Part shown: positions 1 to 10,448 of the stretch, in pieces
Layout of the letters: every line of letters begins with the position of its first letter
Numbering within the stretch: position 1 is the first letter of the stretch
Assembly (NCBI GenBank): GCA_051532055.1
Contig: JAOPTX010000008.1
Coordinates: forward strand, 1 to 64,000
Reading direction: 5' to 3'
DNA: 64,000 nucleotides
From: Fibrobacterales bacterium
Lineage (GTDB): Bacteria > Fibrobacterota > Fibrobacteria > Fibrobacterales > JAOPTW01
The notes under the pieces: model-generated
What the model saw: the letters and a program-made list of their open reading frames with translations, nothing else
What the model was told of the DNA's origin: nothing
Database searches by the model: none
Program-made: the position numbers and the translations under genes

Positions 1-10
1 TATTTGAGGA

Positions 11-1786
11 TTATGGATTATTTACCGTAACATAAATTTTGTTTCGACTATCACTACCGGTAACCAGCGAAATCGTTCCATTGCCCGCATGCAATGCGCT
101 CTTACCAAAAACATTTTCAACACCCGATAGAAAATATTCAGTAGCAACATTATTAGAATCTACTCTGATGAGGTATCCATTGTCTGAATTAGAGCGTTCG
201 TAAAAAAACACTTTTTCATGAGTGCTCTGGTCAAATGCGGCCGGAAAAAAGTTCCCCGATGCAGCGTTTTCGATAGGCACTTCTAAAACAGACACGGATG
301 TATTTCCTGTAATAATGGTGTGATTAAATTGGTCTTTTTCATCGTGGAACCACATAAAGTGAATAACACCCTGAGCATCAATGTCTATTTGTGGATGCGA
401 GTTGCCAAAGGTCGCAGTATACCCAGCTACGATGTATGTCGCCCATACTCCCGACTCTTTTCGTACTATTTGAGGGTTGTAATTACTGACATCTATCCAC
501 GCCCCAATAGCCTCTTGAGGCATCCTTGACGGAAGCATCAATGCTTTATCGTCGGTACCACTGTAGGTACCCGAAAAGCTACTAAACTTAAACTCCTGTG
601 AACGGGTCCAGGTTGCCCCGTTTTTTCGGGCAAAAATGATATAGGAGCCATCATTCAAACTATTTGATTCACCTGCATAGCCAATGAGTATTGTAGAACC
701 TTCGAGAGAAATTTGCGGCCGACCATTAACGTATGAGTTATAGATGTTATCAACATCAGAGTTAGCGACCAGTGGATTAGCAGAGACCTGCAATACTTCA
801 AAGGTACCATCTCCATCACTGTCTCCGGCATACATAATTGCATTATTTCCATTTCTGCTCACTGAACTGAGGGCTGGGTCTCTTTTGATTATATAGACGA
901 TATGGGGATTATTATTGTTATCAGTTATAATGCTCGGAGCCCACTTTAGTTCGGAAGTCGATGGCGTTGGAATTTGTGTGGTGACAAACTGTTTCGTATC
1001 GAGGATGAACTTGGTATACATCAGATAATTGTTGTCCGACTCATTCTTTATCCATGCAATATGAGTATTATTGTTGCTATCTAAATACGAACTTATTTGT
1101 GCCCGAGGTGTAGTGATTTTTGTTATTTCTGCATCGAAACTATAGGTAGAAAATGGTGGTAATACAAATTGGTACTCTTGTGCGCACGAGGCAGTAGTAC
1201 CGGAGTCATTTGTAATAGTTGCGTTAATGCTACGGGTGCCGGGCAGTAAAGAATCAGTTGGTACTATAAAAGTGTATGTACCGATATTAAATTTTTCAAT
1301 GGTGTCAACAGGCACGCCATCAACCAAAAGTACCATTGTCTTAATATAAAGCAGCGAGTCAGAAGCTGTTACTTCTATCATAACTTCGGTGCCAATGGTG
1401 TCGATTGATTCAGCACTGTAGTTAGTAATTTCGCATTCAGGGAAGCCGACAAAAATTTCCATTTGAGACGATGAGCTCTGTGTTGCAGATGATACTGTAC
1501 CACTTGTTGAAGTCATATCTGTACTTGACTCCGTTACACTACTCAGCATTAATGAACTGCTTGATACAATATTTGATGAAAGTAGAGTAATGCTTGATGA
1601 TACTGAAACGACGCTCGATACCTGCGCGAGTGTACTCGAAAGAACCAGGGCTCTTGATGATGATGAGAGGGTGACAGGCTGAGAAGAACTGTTTAGAGTT
1701 GATTCGGTATCGGGCTCTACCACACCACAACCTGCCATAAAAAAAGTTGCCAGAATAAATAAGATGCCACTCTTAAGAAACGTCAT
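11..1786 (-). CDS. Ser-rich lipoprotein with Ig-like domain and probable beta-propeller C-terminus
   Basis: Lipobox FMAGC, Ser/Thr-rich stalk, Ig-like segment (VEVTASD...VDGVPV), repeated blade-like motifs DxxxxxHIxW/Y (DSNNNTHIAW, DNNNNPHIVY, DAQGVIHFMW); RBS GGAGG upstream. Confidence 0.65.
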   Translation of the reverse strand: MTFLKSGILFILATFFMAGCGVVEPDTESTLNSSSQPVTLSSSSRALVLSSTLAQVSSVVSVSSSITLLSSNIVSSSSLMLSSVTESSTDMTSTSGTVSSATQSSSSQMEIFVGFPECEITNYSAESIDTIGTEVMIEVTASDSLLYIKTMVLLVDGVPVDTIEKFNIGTYTFIVPTDSLLPGTRSINATITNDSGTTASCAQEYQFVLPPFSTYSFDAEITKITTPRAQISSYLDSNNNTHIAWIKNESDNNYLMYTKFILDTKQFVTTQIPTPSTSELKWAPSIITDNNNNPHIVYIIKRDPALSSVSRNGNNAIMYAGDSDGDGTFEVLQVSANPLVANSDVDNIYNSYVNGRPQISLEGSTILIGYAGESNSLNDGSYIIFARKNGATWTRSQEFKFSSFSGTYSGTDDKALMLPSRMPQEAIGAWIDVSNYNPQIVRKESGVWATYIVAGYTATFGNSHPQIDIDAQGVIHFMWFHDEKDQFNHTIITGNTSVSVLEVPIENAASGNFFPAAFDQSTHEKVFFYERSNSDNGYLIRVDSNNVATEYFLSGVENVFGKSALHAGNGTISLVTGSDSRNKIYVTVNNP

Positions 1787-2040
1787 CGTGTACCTCCTGC
1801 CAGCTCTCGCAATAGTTAAAACTCTACTCTCTCTATTTTACCATGGCTTTACGGGATATCAATAGCAAACTCAGTAACTCAAAGCGGTAGCTCTTTGTTT
1901 TATTGAGGATATTTAAAAAGATAAGGAGTTATTAGACTTAAAGCCTCTTTATATATGAGTTACAAAGGTGTAATATCTACTAAACGACTCCTTATGCTAT
2001 ACCAAAGCATCTATGTACAATCGTTAATAGCAATAGCAAC

Positions 2041-2508
2041 CTACTTCTTACGCTCTCGTACTCCACGAAAAAACTCTTGAATAAGATAGAGTGCTTCACT
2101 CTCAAGAATACCGCCATGTACATCAACAACTCGATTGATTGGGTTACCGGATAGAATATCCATGGTAGAACCACAAGCACCCAGACGTTTATCAGGTGCC
2201 GCATAAATTACTTTGGCAATACGAGAGTTAAGAATTGCACCAGCGCACATAGGGCACGGCTCAAGAGTAACATAGAGCTCACAGCCTTCCAGCCGCCAGT
2301 TATCAACAGCATCACAGGCAGAACCTATCGCAATGATCTCAGCATGTGCAGTCGGATCTTTAAGCCCCTCTACCCCATTGTGACCACGGCCAATAATCTG
2401 TCCATCTTTAACGATGACACAGCCAATAGGTACTTCTTTTTTATCCCCAGCCATCTCGGCTTCACGGAGTGCTTGTTGCATGTAGAAATTTTCATCGCGT
2501 AGGAGCAT
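2041..2508 (-). CDS. tadA: tRNA adenosine(34) deaminase
   Basis: EVPIG, PTAHAE, LYVTLEPCPMCAGA Zn-deaminase motifs; ATG at 2508 preferred over the track's 2514. Confidence 0.95.
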   Translation of the reverse strand: MLLRDENFYMQQALREAEMAGDKKEVPIGCVIVKDGQIIGRGHNGVEGLKDPTAHAEIIAIGSACDAVDNWRLEGCELYVTLEPCPMCAGAILNSRIAKVIYAAPDKRLGACGSTMDILSGNPINRVVDVHGGILESEALYLIQEFFRGVRERKK

Positions 2509-3970
2509 AACCAAAACTTTTGTTGAGAATTTTATTGAGCACTACCGTAAATAGCGTAGTGAACATCAGAGAAATAAGTGGGTTCCAGGGCCAAGAGAAA
2601 CTCATAATAACAGGTTCCAATATACCAAGCCACGGTACCTTTGAAAAGAGCAGGAGACTTGCCATACCCAGAAAAACACCCGGTAGAATGGCATTCTGTT
2701 GTAATTTTTTAAAATAGAAGGCAAAGATAAAGAGCCCCAGAAGTGGCCCAGTGAAGAGTGAGGTAAAAAAGAGTGCTTTGCTCAAGATTGATTTCTCACC
2801 TGCAGCACAAATAAAAGCAGCCCCAATACCAACAATACCCCATACCACAACCCAGTTTTTTGCATTCTTAAAGGAGGTCCCTTCAGTATCACTTTCTTTA
2901 GCAACGATAAAATCAACCACTGTGGTATTTGAGAGTGCAGTGATTGCCGAATCAAGTGAACTCATGGCCGCCGCAAAAATAGCCGCAACCATCAAACCTT
3001 TTAGACCTGGGTGAAGCTCACTCAAAATATAATGAGGGAATATTTCATTGAGTGCTATGCCTTCTGGCAATACACCACCAATTTCTTTCGTATAAAACAC
3101 ATAAAGCCCTGCTCCAATAATAAAGAAGAGCACGCCTACTGCAAGACCGAGTACGGCTGAGGTGATAGAAGCATAGTTGGCTTCTTTCGTTGACTTACAC
3201 GAGAGGTATCGCTGTACAAACTGTTGATCACATCCGCGGATGGCAACTTCAAAAATGAGATAGATAATACCAGCATTCCAAAAAGTGCGCGCATTTTGTA
3301 CATCGAGGCTAAAGTCAAATACTTTTGTTTTACCCGCATCCGACGCGAGAGAAAGCATAGTTGAGAGTCCACCAATTTTGTCAGCTAACAAATAGACAAT
3401 AAGAAGTCCGCCACCAAACAACACAACAAATTGTAATACATCAGTCCATATAACCGCTTTTATTCCCCCGTAATAGGTGTATACAATTCCAAGTATTGCA
3501 CAAAGGGTAATAGCCCAACCAACATGAATACCCAGAATCGAGGAAAGTACGAGTGAAGGCACATAGAGTAATAAGCCTGTTCTGAGAAGAAGATGTATTG
3601 AGTAGAGTGTGGAGGCCAGAAGGCGCACAGGGCGCGAAAACTCTATTTCGAGTATCTCATAAGCGGATGAAGCATTGTACTGCCGTATCTTTGGAATAAA
3701 GACAAATCCAACGACTGCTATTCCAAGAAACACCCCAACATTACACATGAGGTAAGTCATATTGGTGCCATAGACATCTGCAGGATTACCCAAAAAAGTG
3801 GTTGCACTCACTGATGTTGCAATCAGCGAAATTCCCACACTGAGCCACGGCATTGAGCCGCCACCAAACATGAAATCGGAAAATTTTTTATTGGATTTAG
3901 AAAAGTAAAAACCCAATAGTGCGGTTATAGCAAGGTAACCAAAAAGAACAACCCAATCGAGCGCCTCCAT
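2492..3970 (-). CDS. Sodium:solute symporter (SSS family)
   Basis: About 13 TM helices, GGIKAVIWTD, DQQFVQRYL, AAAMSSLDS motifs. Confidence 0.92.
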   Translation of the reverse strand: MEALDWVVLFGYLAITALLGFYFSKSNKKFSDFMFGGGSMPWLSVGISLIATSVSATTFLGNPADVYGTNMTYLMCNVGVFLGIAVVGFVFIPKIRQYNASSAYEILEIEFSRPVRLLASTLYSIHLLLRTGLLLYVPSLVLSSILGIHVGWAITLCAILGIVYTYYGGIKAVIWTDVLQFVVLFGGGLLIVYLLADKIGGLSTMLSLASDAGKTKVFDFSLDVQNARTFWNAGIIYLIFEVAIRGCDQQFVQRYLSCKSTKEANYASITSAVLGLAVGVLFFIIGAGLYVFYTKEIGGVLPEGIALNEIFPHYILSELHPGLKGLMVAAIFAAAMSSLDSAITALSNTTVVDFIVAKESDTEGTSFKNAKNWVVVWGIVGIGAAFICAAGEKSILSKALFFTSLFTGPLLGLFIFAFYFKKLQQNAILPGVFLGMASLLLFSKVPWLGILEPVIMSFSWPWNPLISLMFTTLFTVVLNKILNKSFGYAPTR

Positions 3971-5775
3971 TAATTATACCCTACCGCTTGATTACGCCCA
4001 GACTCCTTAGCTTTATAGAGTGCCATATCTGCTTTCCCTACAACCTCTTTCGCGTTATTTGAATGTTCAGGAAAAAGTGCAAAACCTATGCTACAAGTGC
4101 ATTTTAATGGTTTATCACGCATGATATCAAAATCATTACCGGCAATAGATGCACGAATGCGTTCCGCCGTCTCACTCACCACTGACTCATCAGCATCAAT
4201 AAGCATAATGATAAACTCTTCGCCACCATACCGTGCTACAATATCTACTTCACCGCGTACTTCACGGGCAATAATATTAGACGTCTCTTTAAGAACAATA
4301 TCTCCAATGGGGTGGCCATAGGTATCATTAACTTTTTTGAAATGATCAAGGTCAATCATCATGATACCAAAAGATGAATTCATTCGACTCACTCGCAGAC
4401 TCTCAATACGAAGTTTCTCCTGAAAAGTCTTGTGATTGATTAAACCGGTTAGCCCATCTTTTGATGCTTGTTCATGCTTCTCTTCATAGGCACGAGCACG
4501 GGCAAGGGCAAACCCTGCAACACCCGCTAAACTTGAAAGGAGGCTAATATGGTGATCTGAATACTGAGGGATACGAGTACTCTCAATACAAATGACAAGC
4601 TCAACACTTTCATCTATGCTCACTGGTACGGCAAGGAGCGATTTAAAACTATTATTTGGTTGTTCGTCACGTGATATACGGTAAATGGTTTCATTGGCCC
4701 GAATAGAGCGTGGTATGATTCTATTTTTGTGAAAGGCAACTTGAAGCAAGCCCTTATCAGTCATGCTAAAATTCATGTTCTGAAAATACTCAGCATCAAG
4801 ACCAAAACTCTTAACGACCTGCCCTTTGTTTCTATTAGCCTCATCGACAGCGAGAATGAGAATTCGGTCAAAGGGTAATGAGTTCTTAATGTAAGATTCA
4901 ATGTTATCAAAAATATCAAGCACTGACATTTTGGCGAAAAACTTCTCTTGATAATAGTAGAGAAAGGCAAGCTGTTCTTTTTGATAGATATGCTCGGAAT
5001 TCATATAAGAGGTATAGACATACTGACCGAGCACTTGTGCACATAAAGTAAGGGCATGGATAGTATCTTCATCAAAGGCTTGAGCCTCCCGTGAGTCAAC
5101 AACAATAGCGCCATTTTTTTGACCCTGTACCATCACCGGTACACCAGCGATTGAACGAATTTGCTCTTCTTCATCATAATAAAAGAGTGTTTTTGAACTA
5201 TGAAGGTCACCTTCAAGAATCCGTTCAACATCATCCTTAATCAATAGACCGGTAAGCCCTTGGTTGGGTTGAATAACGACATCTTGTATAATATTAGAAG
5301 AGTCTGAGTGATGGACCCTGAGTGCTATAGTCTTCTTTTTGGGACCAGGAAAAAAGATCAGTATAGATTTAGAAGCAGGTATCATCCACTTAAGCATCAT
5401 TATCGCAGCATAGAGTGTTGTATCTATCTCTTTTTCAACTTCCATCCACAGTTTTTTCTTGAGATTTTTACCAACTCCCTCTTCAATTTTTGAATTATTC
5501 TCTTTTACGCTATCAGTTTTAAAAGTATTCTCTTTTACATGGAGATTTTCATCACCTTCAGATTCTGATGGCTGAGTCGGTGGACTCTCTTTTTTTACCA
5601 CCGGAACTTTTTGAGTTAATCGACTGATCACCGGTTTATAGTTTAAAATAGCAAGTACTATTGCAACAACAGCAACGGGAATCGCATAGATAAATTCATC
5701 TTTTCCCGAAACAATCGAGAGAAGAGATAAGCCACCTAAAAAACCGGCAATGAAAAAGAATACGTTACTAACCAA
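3970..5775 (-). CDS. Membrane-anchored GAF-GAF-GGDEF diguanylate cyclase
   Basis: Two N-terminal TMs, two GAF-like segments (SIAGVPV, SLLAVPV), DGLTGL, DLDHFKKVNDTYGH, RYGGEEF, ADMALYKAKESGRN. Confidence 0.9.
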   Translation of the reverse strand: MVSNVFFFIAGFLGGLSLLSIVSGKDEFIYAIPVAVVAIVLAILNYKPVISRLTQKVPVVKKESPPTQPSESEGDENLHVKENTFKTDSVKENNSKIEEGVGKNLKKKLWMEVEKEIDTTLYAAIMMLKWMIPASKSILIFFPGPKKKTIALRVHHSDSSNIIQDVVIQPNQGLTGLLIKDDVERILEGDLHSSKTLFYYDEEEQIRSIAGVPVMVQGQKNGAIVVDSREAQAFDEDTIHALTLCAQVLGQYVYTSYMNSEHIYQKEQLAFLYYYQEKFFAKMSVLDIFDNIESYIKNSLPFDRILILAVDEANRNKGQVVKSFGLDAEYFQNMNFSMTDKGLLQVAFHKNRIIPRSIRANETIYRISRDEQPNNSFKSLLAVPVSIDESVELVICIESTRIPQYSDHHISLLSSLAGVAGFALARARAYEEKHEQASKDGLTGLINHKTFQEKLRIESLRVSRMNSSFGIMMIDLDHFKKVNDTYGHPIGDIVLKETSNIIAREVRGEVDIVARYGGEEFIIMLIDADESVVSETAERIRASIAGNDFDIMRDKPLKCTCSIGFALFPEHSNNAKEVVGKADMALYKAKESGRNQAVGYN

Positions 5776-5897
5776 AGGAATCCTGGGTATATTGTGTGAA
5801 AACCTGAAACAATGTCATTATTATATAAAGGACAATATAGCTATTTTTGGTGAGAGAATTAAAGAATCTCGTGCTACTTTGTCGTTCAGACTCGCTT

Positions 5898-6974
5898 TTA
5901 TACTTTCACTGAACGCACAAAAAGGGTCACAGACATTATCCCAAAGATAACATTACCCAGCCATGCCGCAGCGACCGGAGCAATCGCCCCTTGTTCACCT
6001 AAAATCAACCCTGCCTTTATGGTAACATAGTAGAGTACAACTATGAGTAACCCAAGGGCAAACTTATACGCGATTCCCGCTTTTCGAGTACGGTGAGTGA
6101 GTGAGAGCGCTATTAAGGCAACAAAAAAGTTCATGAAAGGACCTGAGAGCTTAAAATGGAGTTGAGTCTCAAACCGCTTGGTCGACTCCCCTACTCGCTT
6201 CAAAGTGGCGATTCTTTTCTTAAGCTGAGACATGTTCATCTCTTCATGACTAAACCTTTGATTGATAAAATCCGTCGGTTTCTCGTCAATAATCGCACTC
6301 AAAGAGAAGGTGCGAAACGTCGTATGCTCAACAGTGTCCTGTAAAAATGTTCTACGAGTTCCATTTTTGAGTACCCAATATTTACCACTCCAAACCATCT
6401 GATCAGCATCAAACCTATCATAAATTTTTCCATGACGAAAACGGCATATGACTGGAGCTTTACCGATTTGATCTTTAGCTGAGTATTTTTTAAAGCTAAT
6501 GGTAAGAGTTTTCCCACCAATATAGACCATCTCTTTTTTCGTCAGTTCACGCTTAACCTTTTTAACACCTGTTTGGGCAATTTCAAGACGCTTATGATTC
6601 GCATTCGGCAATATAGTCTCTTGAATATAAAACATTCCTGCAGTAATCATTGCCGCCAAAACCATTATAGGAACCAACACTCTAAAAGTTGATATTCCAG
6701 CAAACTGTATAGGAGTAAGTTCAAAATGCTTTGCCATCCCACCAACAGCTGCAACAACGGCCAGCATTACCACTACCGGCATAACCAAGTGCATGATTTG
6801 TGGAGTATAATATATGTAATATTCTAAAATTTCAGCGGGTGGATGATTATCGTTAAGCCACATTTTAATCTGCCCTACAAAATCCATTACCAGAGCCACT
6901 ACCAGAGTACAGATCAGCAGTAAAAAGAAGACTTTTAAGAAATTAAAGGAGACATATCTAGTTATGAGGCGCAT
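5898..6974 (-). CDS. lptG: LPS export ABC permease (LptF/LptG family)
   Basis: 3 TM + periplasmic beta-jellyroll + 3 TM; ELTPIQFAGIS and AAWLGN; second gene of a tandem pair. Confidence 0.85.
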   Translation of the reverse strand: MRLITRYVSFNFLKVFFLLLICTLVVALVMDFVGQIKMWLNDNHPPAEILEYYIYYTPQIMHLVMPVVVMLAVVAAVGGMAKHFELTPIQFAGISTFRVLVPIMVLAAMITAGMFYIQETILPNANHKRLEIAQTGVKKVKRELTKKEMVYIGGKTLTISFKKYSAKDQIGKAPVICRFRHGKIYDRFDADQMVWSGKYWVLKNGTRRTFLQDTVEHTTFRTFSLSAIIDEKPTDFINQRFSHEEMNMSQLKKRIATLKRVGESTKRFETQLHFKLSGPFMNFFVALIALSLTHRTRKAGIAYKFALGLLIVVLYYVTIKAGLILGEQGAIAPVAAAWLGNVIFGIMSVTLFVRSVKV

Positions 6975-8520
6975 GGTCCTCCTGTTCCTTTTTCATCAGG
7001 CTTGCAAAGAGTCCAAACTTTCCAGTCACAAGCATTACAATAAAATTAAATACTCGAAGAAAACGGTTATTCCCTGAAAAATTGTCTCGGGTAACAACGC
7101 GAGTCATATAAAGTCCCGCAACTCCCAGTATAATATTCGGAGCCCACATACCAAGCCAAGCCGGTATAAACAACCGATCAGCTAATCGTTCACCACCAGT
7201 CAAACAAGCCCAGTAGAGAATAAAAAAGAAAATACTGTAAATAACCCCAATGCCAATTCCCCCACTACGTGCCATAATACCCAGTGGTCCTCCAATAAGA
7301 ATAAATACAACGCAGGCAACAGGAATTGAGAATTTCTTATGGATCTCTACACTATACTGAGAAAGGCGCTCTTTTTGTCGTTTTAATCTTCTCAATACTT
7401 TTTCGACTTTTCCCTTACGCCCCTCTTCATCTTTAAGGAGTTTTGCAACAGCTTTATGGGAATAGAACAGGGTATCTAACGGAGGAATACTGTCATAAAT
7501 AGAGGTAGAGAGCAGGGCTTTTTTACTACTGTCAATTGTGGTATTAATAACCATATTCTCTGAAAGCAGTAGAGTCGAATTTGAATCAATAGACACGGAC
7601 CCCAAAGAATCGAGTAAGAGAGAGTCATGCTGCACAATTGCATTCTCTGCTAGTTGCTTTACAAAATCAACTTCCTTCCACATCTTTTGATCATTCTTAA
7701 TTTTTCCGTACTTCTTCTCAGCCTTTTCGACCACTTTGAACATCTCTTCGACTGACATTTCTCTGTCACCCCGATAGTTTCGTTCTTTAAGTTCGAAGTC
7801 AGAATCAACGTTTTTGACCGAAAACACTTGTTTCATGAAACTTATTCTCAGATAACTATCTTTATCTTTCCCTTGCGGTAAATGATTTTCACCATGAAAC
7901 AGGTAGAGGAGAAGCGTTGCTCCCATATCTTGATATTCGAGCATACCATATTTAGCATAGATTACTTTAGGAGCGCCTCTTCTTTGAAACTCAAAAATTT
8001 TGATTCCATGGAGGGTTCCCGTCTCATTATCAATTTTATCGATCCAAATCTGAATTCCAGGGAAATCCTTGATCAATTGACCTGAGTTGATGAAAGCCTG
8101 TGGTTTTTTCCGAGATATGGATGATAATATAGCGGCATTTCTGTGATTAGCCTCGGGGAGCACATAATTATTAAAGGCCATAAGCCCAACCATAATTATT
8201 GACGCCAAAACTAAGGCGGGGAAAAGCATCTTCGTTGGTGAAAGGCCGGCTCCTTTAAGGGCGACAATTTCACGATCTGCAGAGAGGCGCCCAAAGGCCA
8301 TAAGTGCCGCTACGAGGCACGACATCGGAATACTTAACGCAAACATCCACGCTAAACTTAATGTAAGGATTTCCAGAACAACCGCAATGGGGAGCCCCTT
8401 AGATGCAACCGAGTCCATCAACTGTAATACGTATTGTATTCCAAGAAGAAAGGTAATGACAGCCAGAGAAAGTAAAAAGGGCTGTAATAACTCTTTTATG
8501 ATGTACCGCGTAAGGAGCAT
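6958..8520 (-). CDS. lptF: LPS export ABC permease (LptF/LptG family)
   Basis: FGRLSADREIVALKGAGLS, EIHKKFSIP, GMWAPN motifs. Confidence 0.88.
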   Translation of the reverse strand: MLLTRYIIKELLQPFLLSLAVITFLLGIQYVLQLMDSVASKGLPIAVVLEILTLSLAWMFALSIPMSCLVAALMAFGRLSADREIVALKGAGLSPTKMLFPALVLASIIMVGLMAFNNYVLPEANHRNAAILSSISRKKPQAFINSGQLIKDFPGIQIWIDKIDNETGTLHGIKIFEFQRRGAPKVIYAKYGMLEYQDMGATLLLYLFHGENHLPQGKDKDSYLRISFMKQVFSVKNVDSDFELKERNYRGDREMSVEEMFKVVEKAEKKYGKIKNDQKMWKEVDFVKQLAENAIVQHDSLLLDSLGSVSIDSNSTLLLSENMVINTTIDSSKKALLSTSIYDSIPPLDTLFYSHKAVAKLLKDEEGRKGKVEKVLRRLKRQKERLSQYSVEIHKKFSIPVACVVFILIGGPLGIMARSGGIGIGVIYSIFFFILYWACLTGGERLADRLFIPAWLGMWAPNIILGVAGLYMTRVVTRDNFSGNNRFLRVFNFIVMLVTGKFGLFASLMKKEQEDHAPHN

Positions 8521-8757
8521 ATTTTGTAAATTTCAAAAAAAAGAGGAAAAAAGGTAATCCAATTATAGTTTTTTCTAAATAAATCCGATAAAGATATTAG
8601 GGTTTTTTATTTTTAACCGGTACTCCAGAATCCCTTGATTTAAAAGGGGAATTAAAGTAGCCTTACAGTGTATAGACTGTGGCTCTGCTTTGATTACAGC
8701 TGGTGGGGTGATCACTTCAGTCCCATGCAACTGTCCCTAGAGTTATGAATATTTTGG

Positions 8758-9621
8758 ATGTCGGTTTTTAAGAGTTGGAATATGAGAAGATACAATCATA
8801 CAGATCAATCAAATACTCAAGGTAAACCGACCGTTGCGAAACGTGTACTCCATGGTTTTATCTCAAAGGCACTCCTTATTAGTGCCCCTGCACTCCTTAT
8901 AGCTTGTGCAAGTACACAGAAAGTCGATGTAGAAGAACCACTACTTCCAGAGATTGATGTCCTCCAGATGAAAGAAAACACTGAGTCTGCCCTCAAACTC
9001 TCTCAGCAATCGAAACTCGATATTGATGTGATCAATACTCGTATTTCAGAACTTGAACGACTCACTATCGATATTAATAACTCTATTTTGAGCTTACCCA
9101 TTGCTCGAATGGAAGAACTTGAGAACAAAATTACTGTTCTTCAGGAAGAAATTGCACTGATCAAACGCATACTCGCTCAATCAGGCAAATTCGAAACATT
9201 TAATACCAAAGATAAGAAGTTGTCTACACCCAAATACGTCACGGAACCTCCTCCACTCGACTATAAAAAAGCGACCAAATATTACCACTCAAAAGAGTTC
9301 CTCCCCGCAATAACTCTTTTTCAAAAAACTATTATGGATAAATCAGATGGCCCGTATGCAGACGACTCATACTTTTGGATTGGTGAAAGTCACTACAATC
9401 TCGGAGATTATGCCAAAGCAATTGCCTCATTTAAAAAGGTTTTTGGCTATATTAACTCTGAAAAAGGTGATAATGCTCAATTTAAAATGGCCATGTGTAA
9501 TCTAAAGCTGGGAAACAAAAAACAAGCAGTAGCAGAATTTAAAAAACTAATAATCATATACCCCGAGAGTGAATTTGTACAAAAATCACGTCTAGAACTC
9601 TCAAAAATTGGAGTAAAGTAA
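8758..9621 (+). CDS. cpoB: Tol-Pal-associated TPR lipoprotein, CpoB/YbgF-like (start uncertain, 8758 or 8782)
   Basis: Lipobox LLIAC, coiled coil, TPRs with ADDSYFWIGES and YPES. Confidence 0.75.
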   Translation: MSVFKSWNMRRYNHTDQSNTQGKPTVAKRVLHGFISKALLISAPALLIACASTQKVDVEEPLLPEIDVLQMKENTESALKLSQQSKLDIDVINTRISELERLTIDINNSILSLPIARMEELENKITVLQEEIALIKRILAQSGKFETFNTKDKKLSTPKYVTEPPPLDYKKATKYYHSKEFLPAITLFQKTIMDKSDGPYADDSYFWIGESHYNLGDYAKAIASFKKVFGYINSEKGDNAQFKMAMCNLKLGNKKQAVAEFKKLIIIYPESEFVQKSRLELSKIGVK

Positions 9622-9625
9622 CTGA

Positions 9626-10447
9626 ATGATAAAAACCCTTTGTAGCGTCCTCTGCGTATCAATCTTAATTTCAGGATGTTCATCAGAAAAGTCTCAGGTT
9701 AAGACCAGAACAACACACTGTAGCGACCTTTATACTGAAGTCAAATCACTCTTTGATAATGAGGAGTATTTTGATGTTCAAGAAAATGTTAATGAACTGC
9801 TCAACACCTGTACCGGTACTGGTGTTATGGAACAAGCGCAATTTATCTTAGCAGAGTCTTATTATAATATGAATAGTTGGCTCGAGGCACGGTCTGAATA
9901 TGGCATTTTTGTGTCACACTATCCTTCTTCTCCTAGTACAGAGCAAGCGCTATTCAAAAAAGCACTCTCAAGTTACAATATCGACTTTGTTCCAGGAAGA
10001 GATGGCCAGCAGACTAAAAATAGCTTGAACGATTTCAATGATTTCATAAACCAGTACCCAACATCATTACTTGTTGATTCAGCAAATACCTATACTCAGA
10101 ATCTCTATGAACGCCTTGCTTCTGAGCAAATGCGTACCGCTGAGCTCTATCTTACTATGGGAAAACCACTTGCAGCCGCAATCTATCTCAAAGACTTTCT
10201 CAATGAATTTCCAAGCAGTACCAATGTAAACACTGCACTTATTATGCTGATTGAGTGTTATACGCGTATTGAACAATATAATCAAGCGGAACAATTTGTC
10301 GAGACTCTTAAGGATAACACTCTTACTGAAGATGAAACGTCACGGTATACTGATGCCGTTGCGGTATTTATCTCTGAACGTGAAACTTTTGAAGCGAATG
10401 TGACGGAAGAGCGTGAGAAAAAAGCCAAGAAAAAGGTTGAATTCTAG
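9626..10447 (+). CDS. bamD: Outer membrane protein assembly factor BamD
   Basis: Lipobox ISGC, TPRs, RDGQQT, FINQYPTS, AELY...AAAIY pattern. Confidence 0.85.
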   Translation: MIKTLCSVLCVSILISGCSSEKSQVKTRTTHCSDLYTEVKSLFDNEEYFDVQENVNELLNTCTGTGVMEQAQFILAESYYNMNSWLEARSEYGIFVSHYPSSPSTEQALFKKALSSYNIDFVPGRDGQQTKNSLNDFNDFINQYPTSLLVDSANTYTQNLYERLASEQMRTAELYLTMGKPLAAAIYLKDFLNEFPSSTNVNTALIMLIECYTRIEQYNQAEQFVETLKDNTLTEDETSRYTDAVAVFISERETFEANVTEEREKKAKKKVEF

Positions 10448-10448
10448 A

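Noticed and set aside
7400..7720. Extra insert of about 100 aa in LptF
   Set aside because: Low-complexity DS-rich and helical periplasmic insert; long LptF variants are not unusual in this superphylum and nothing suggests an intein
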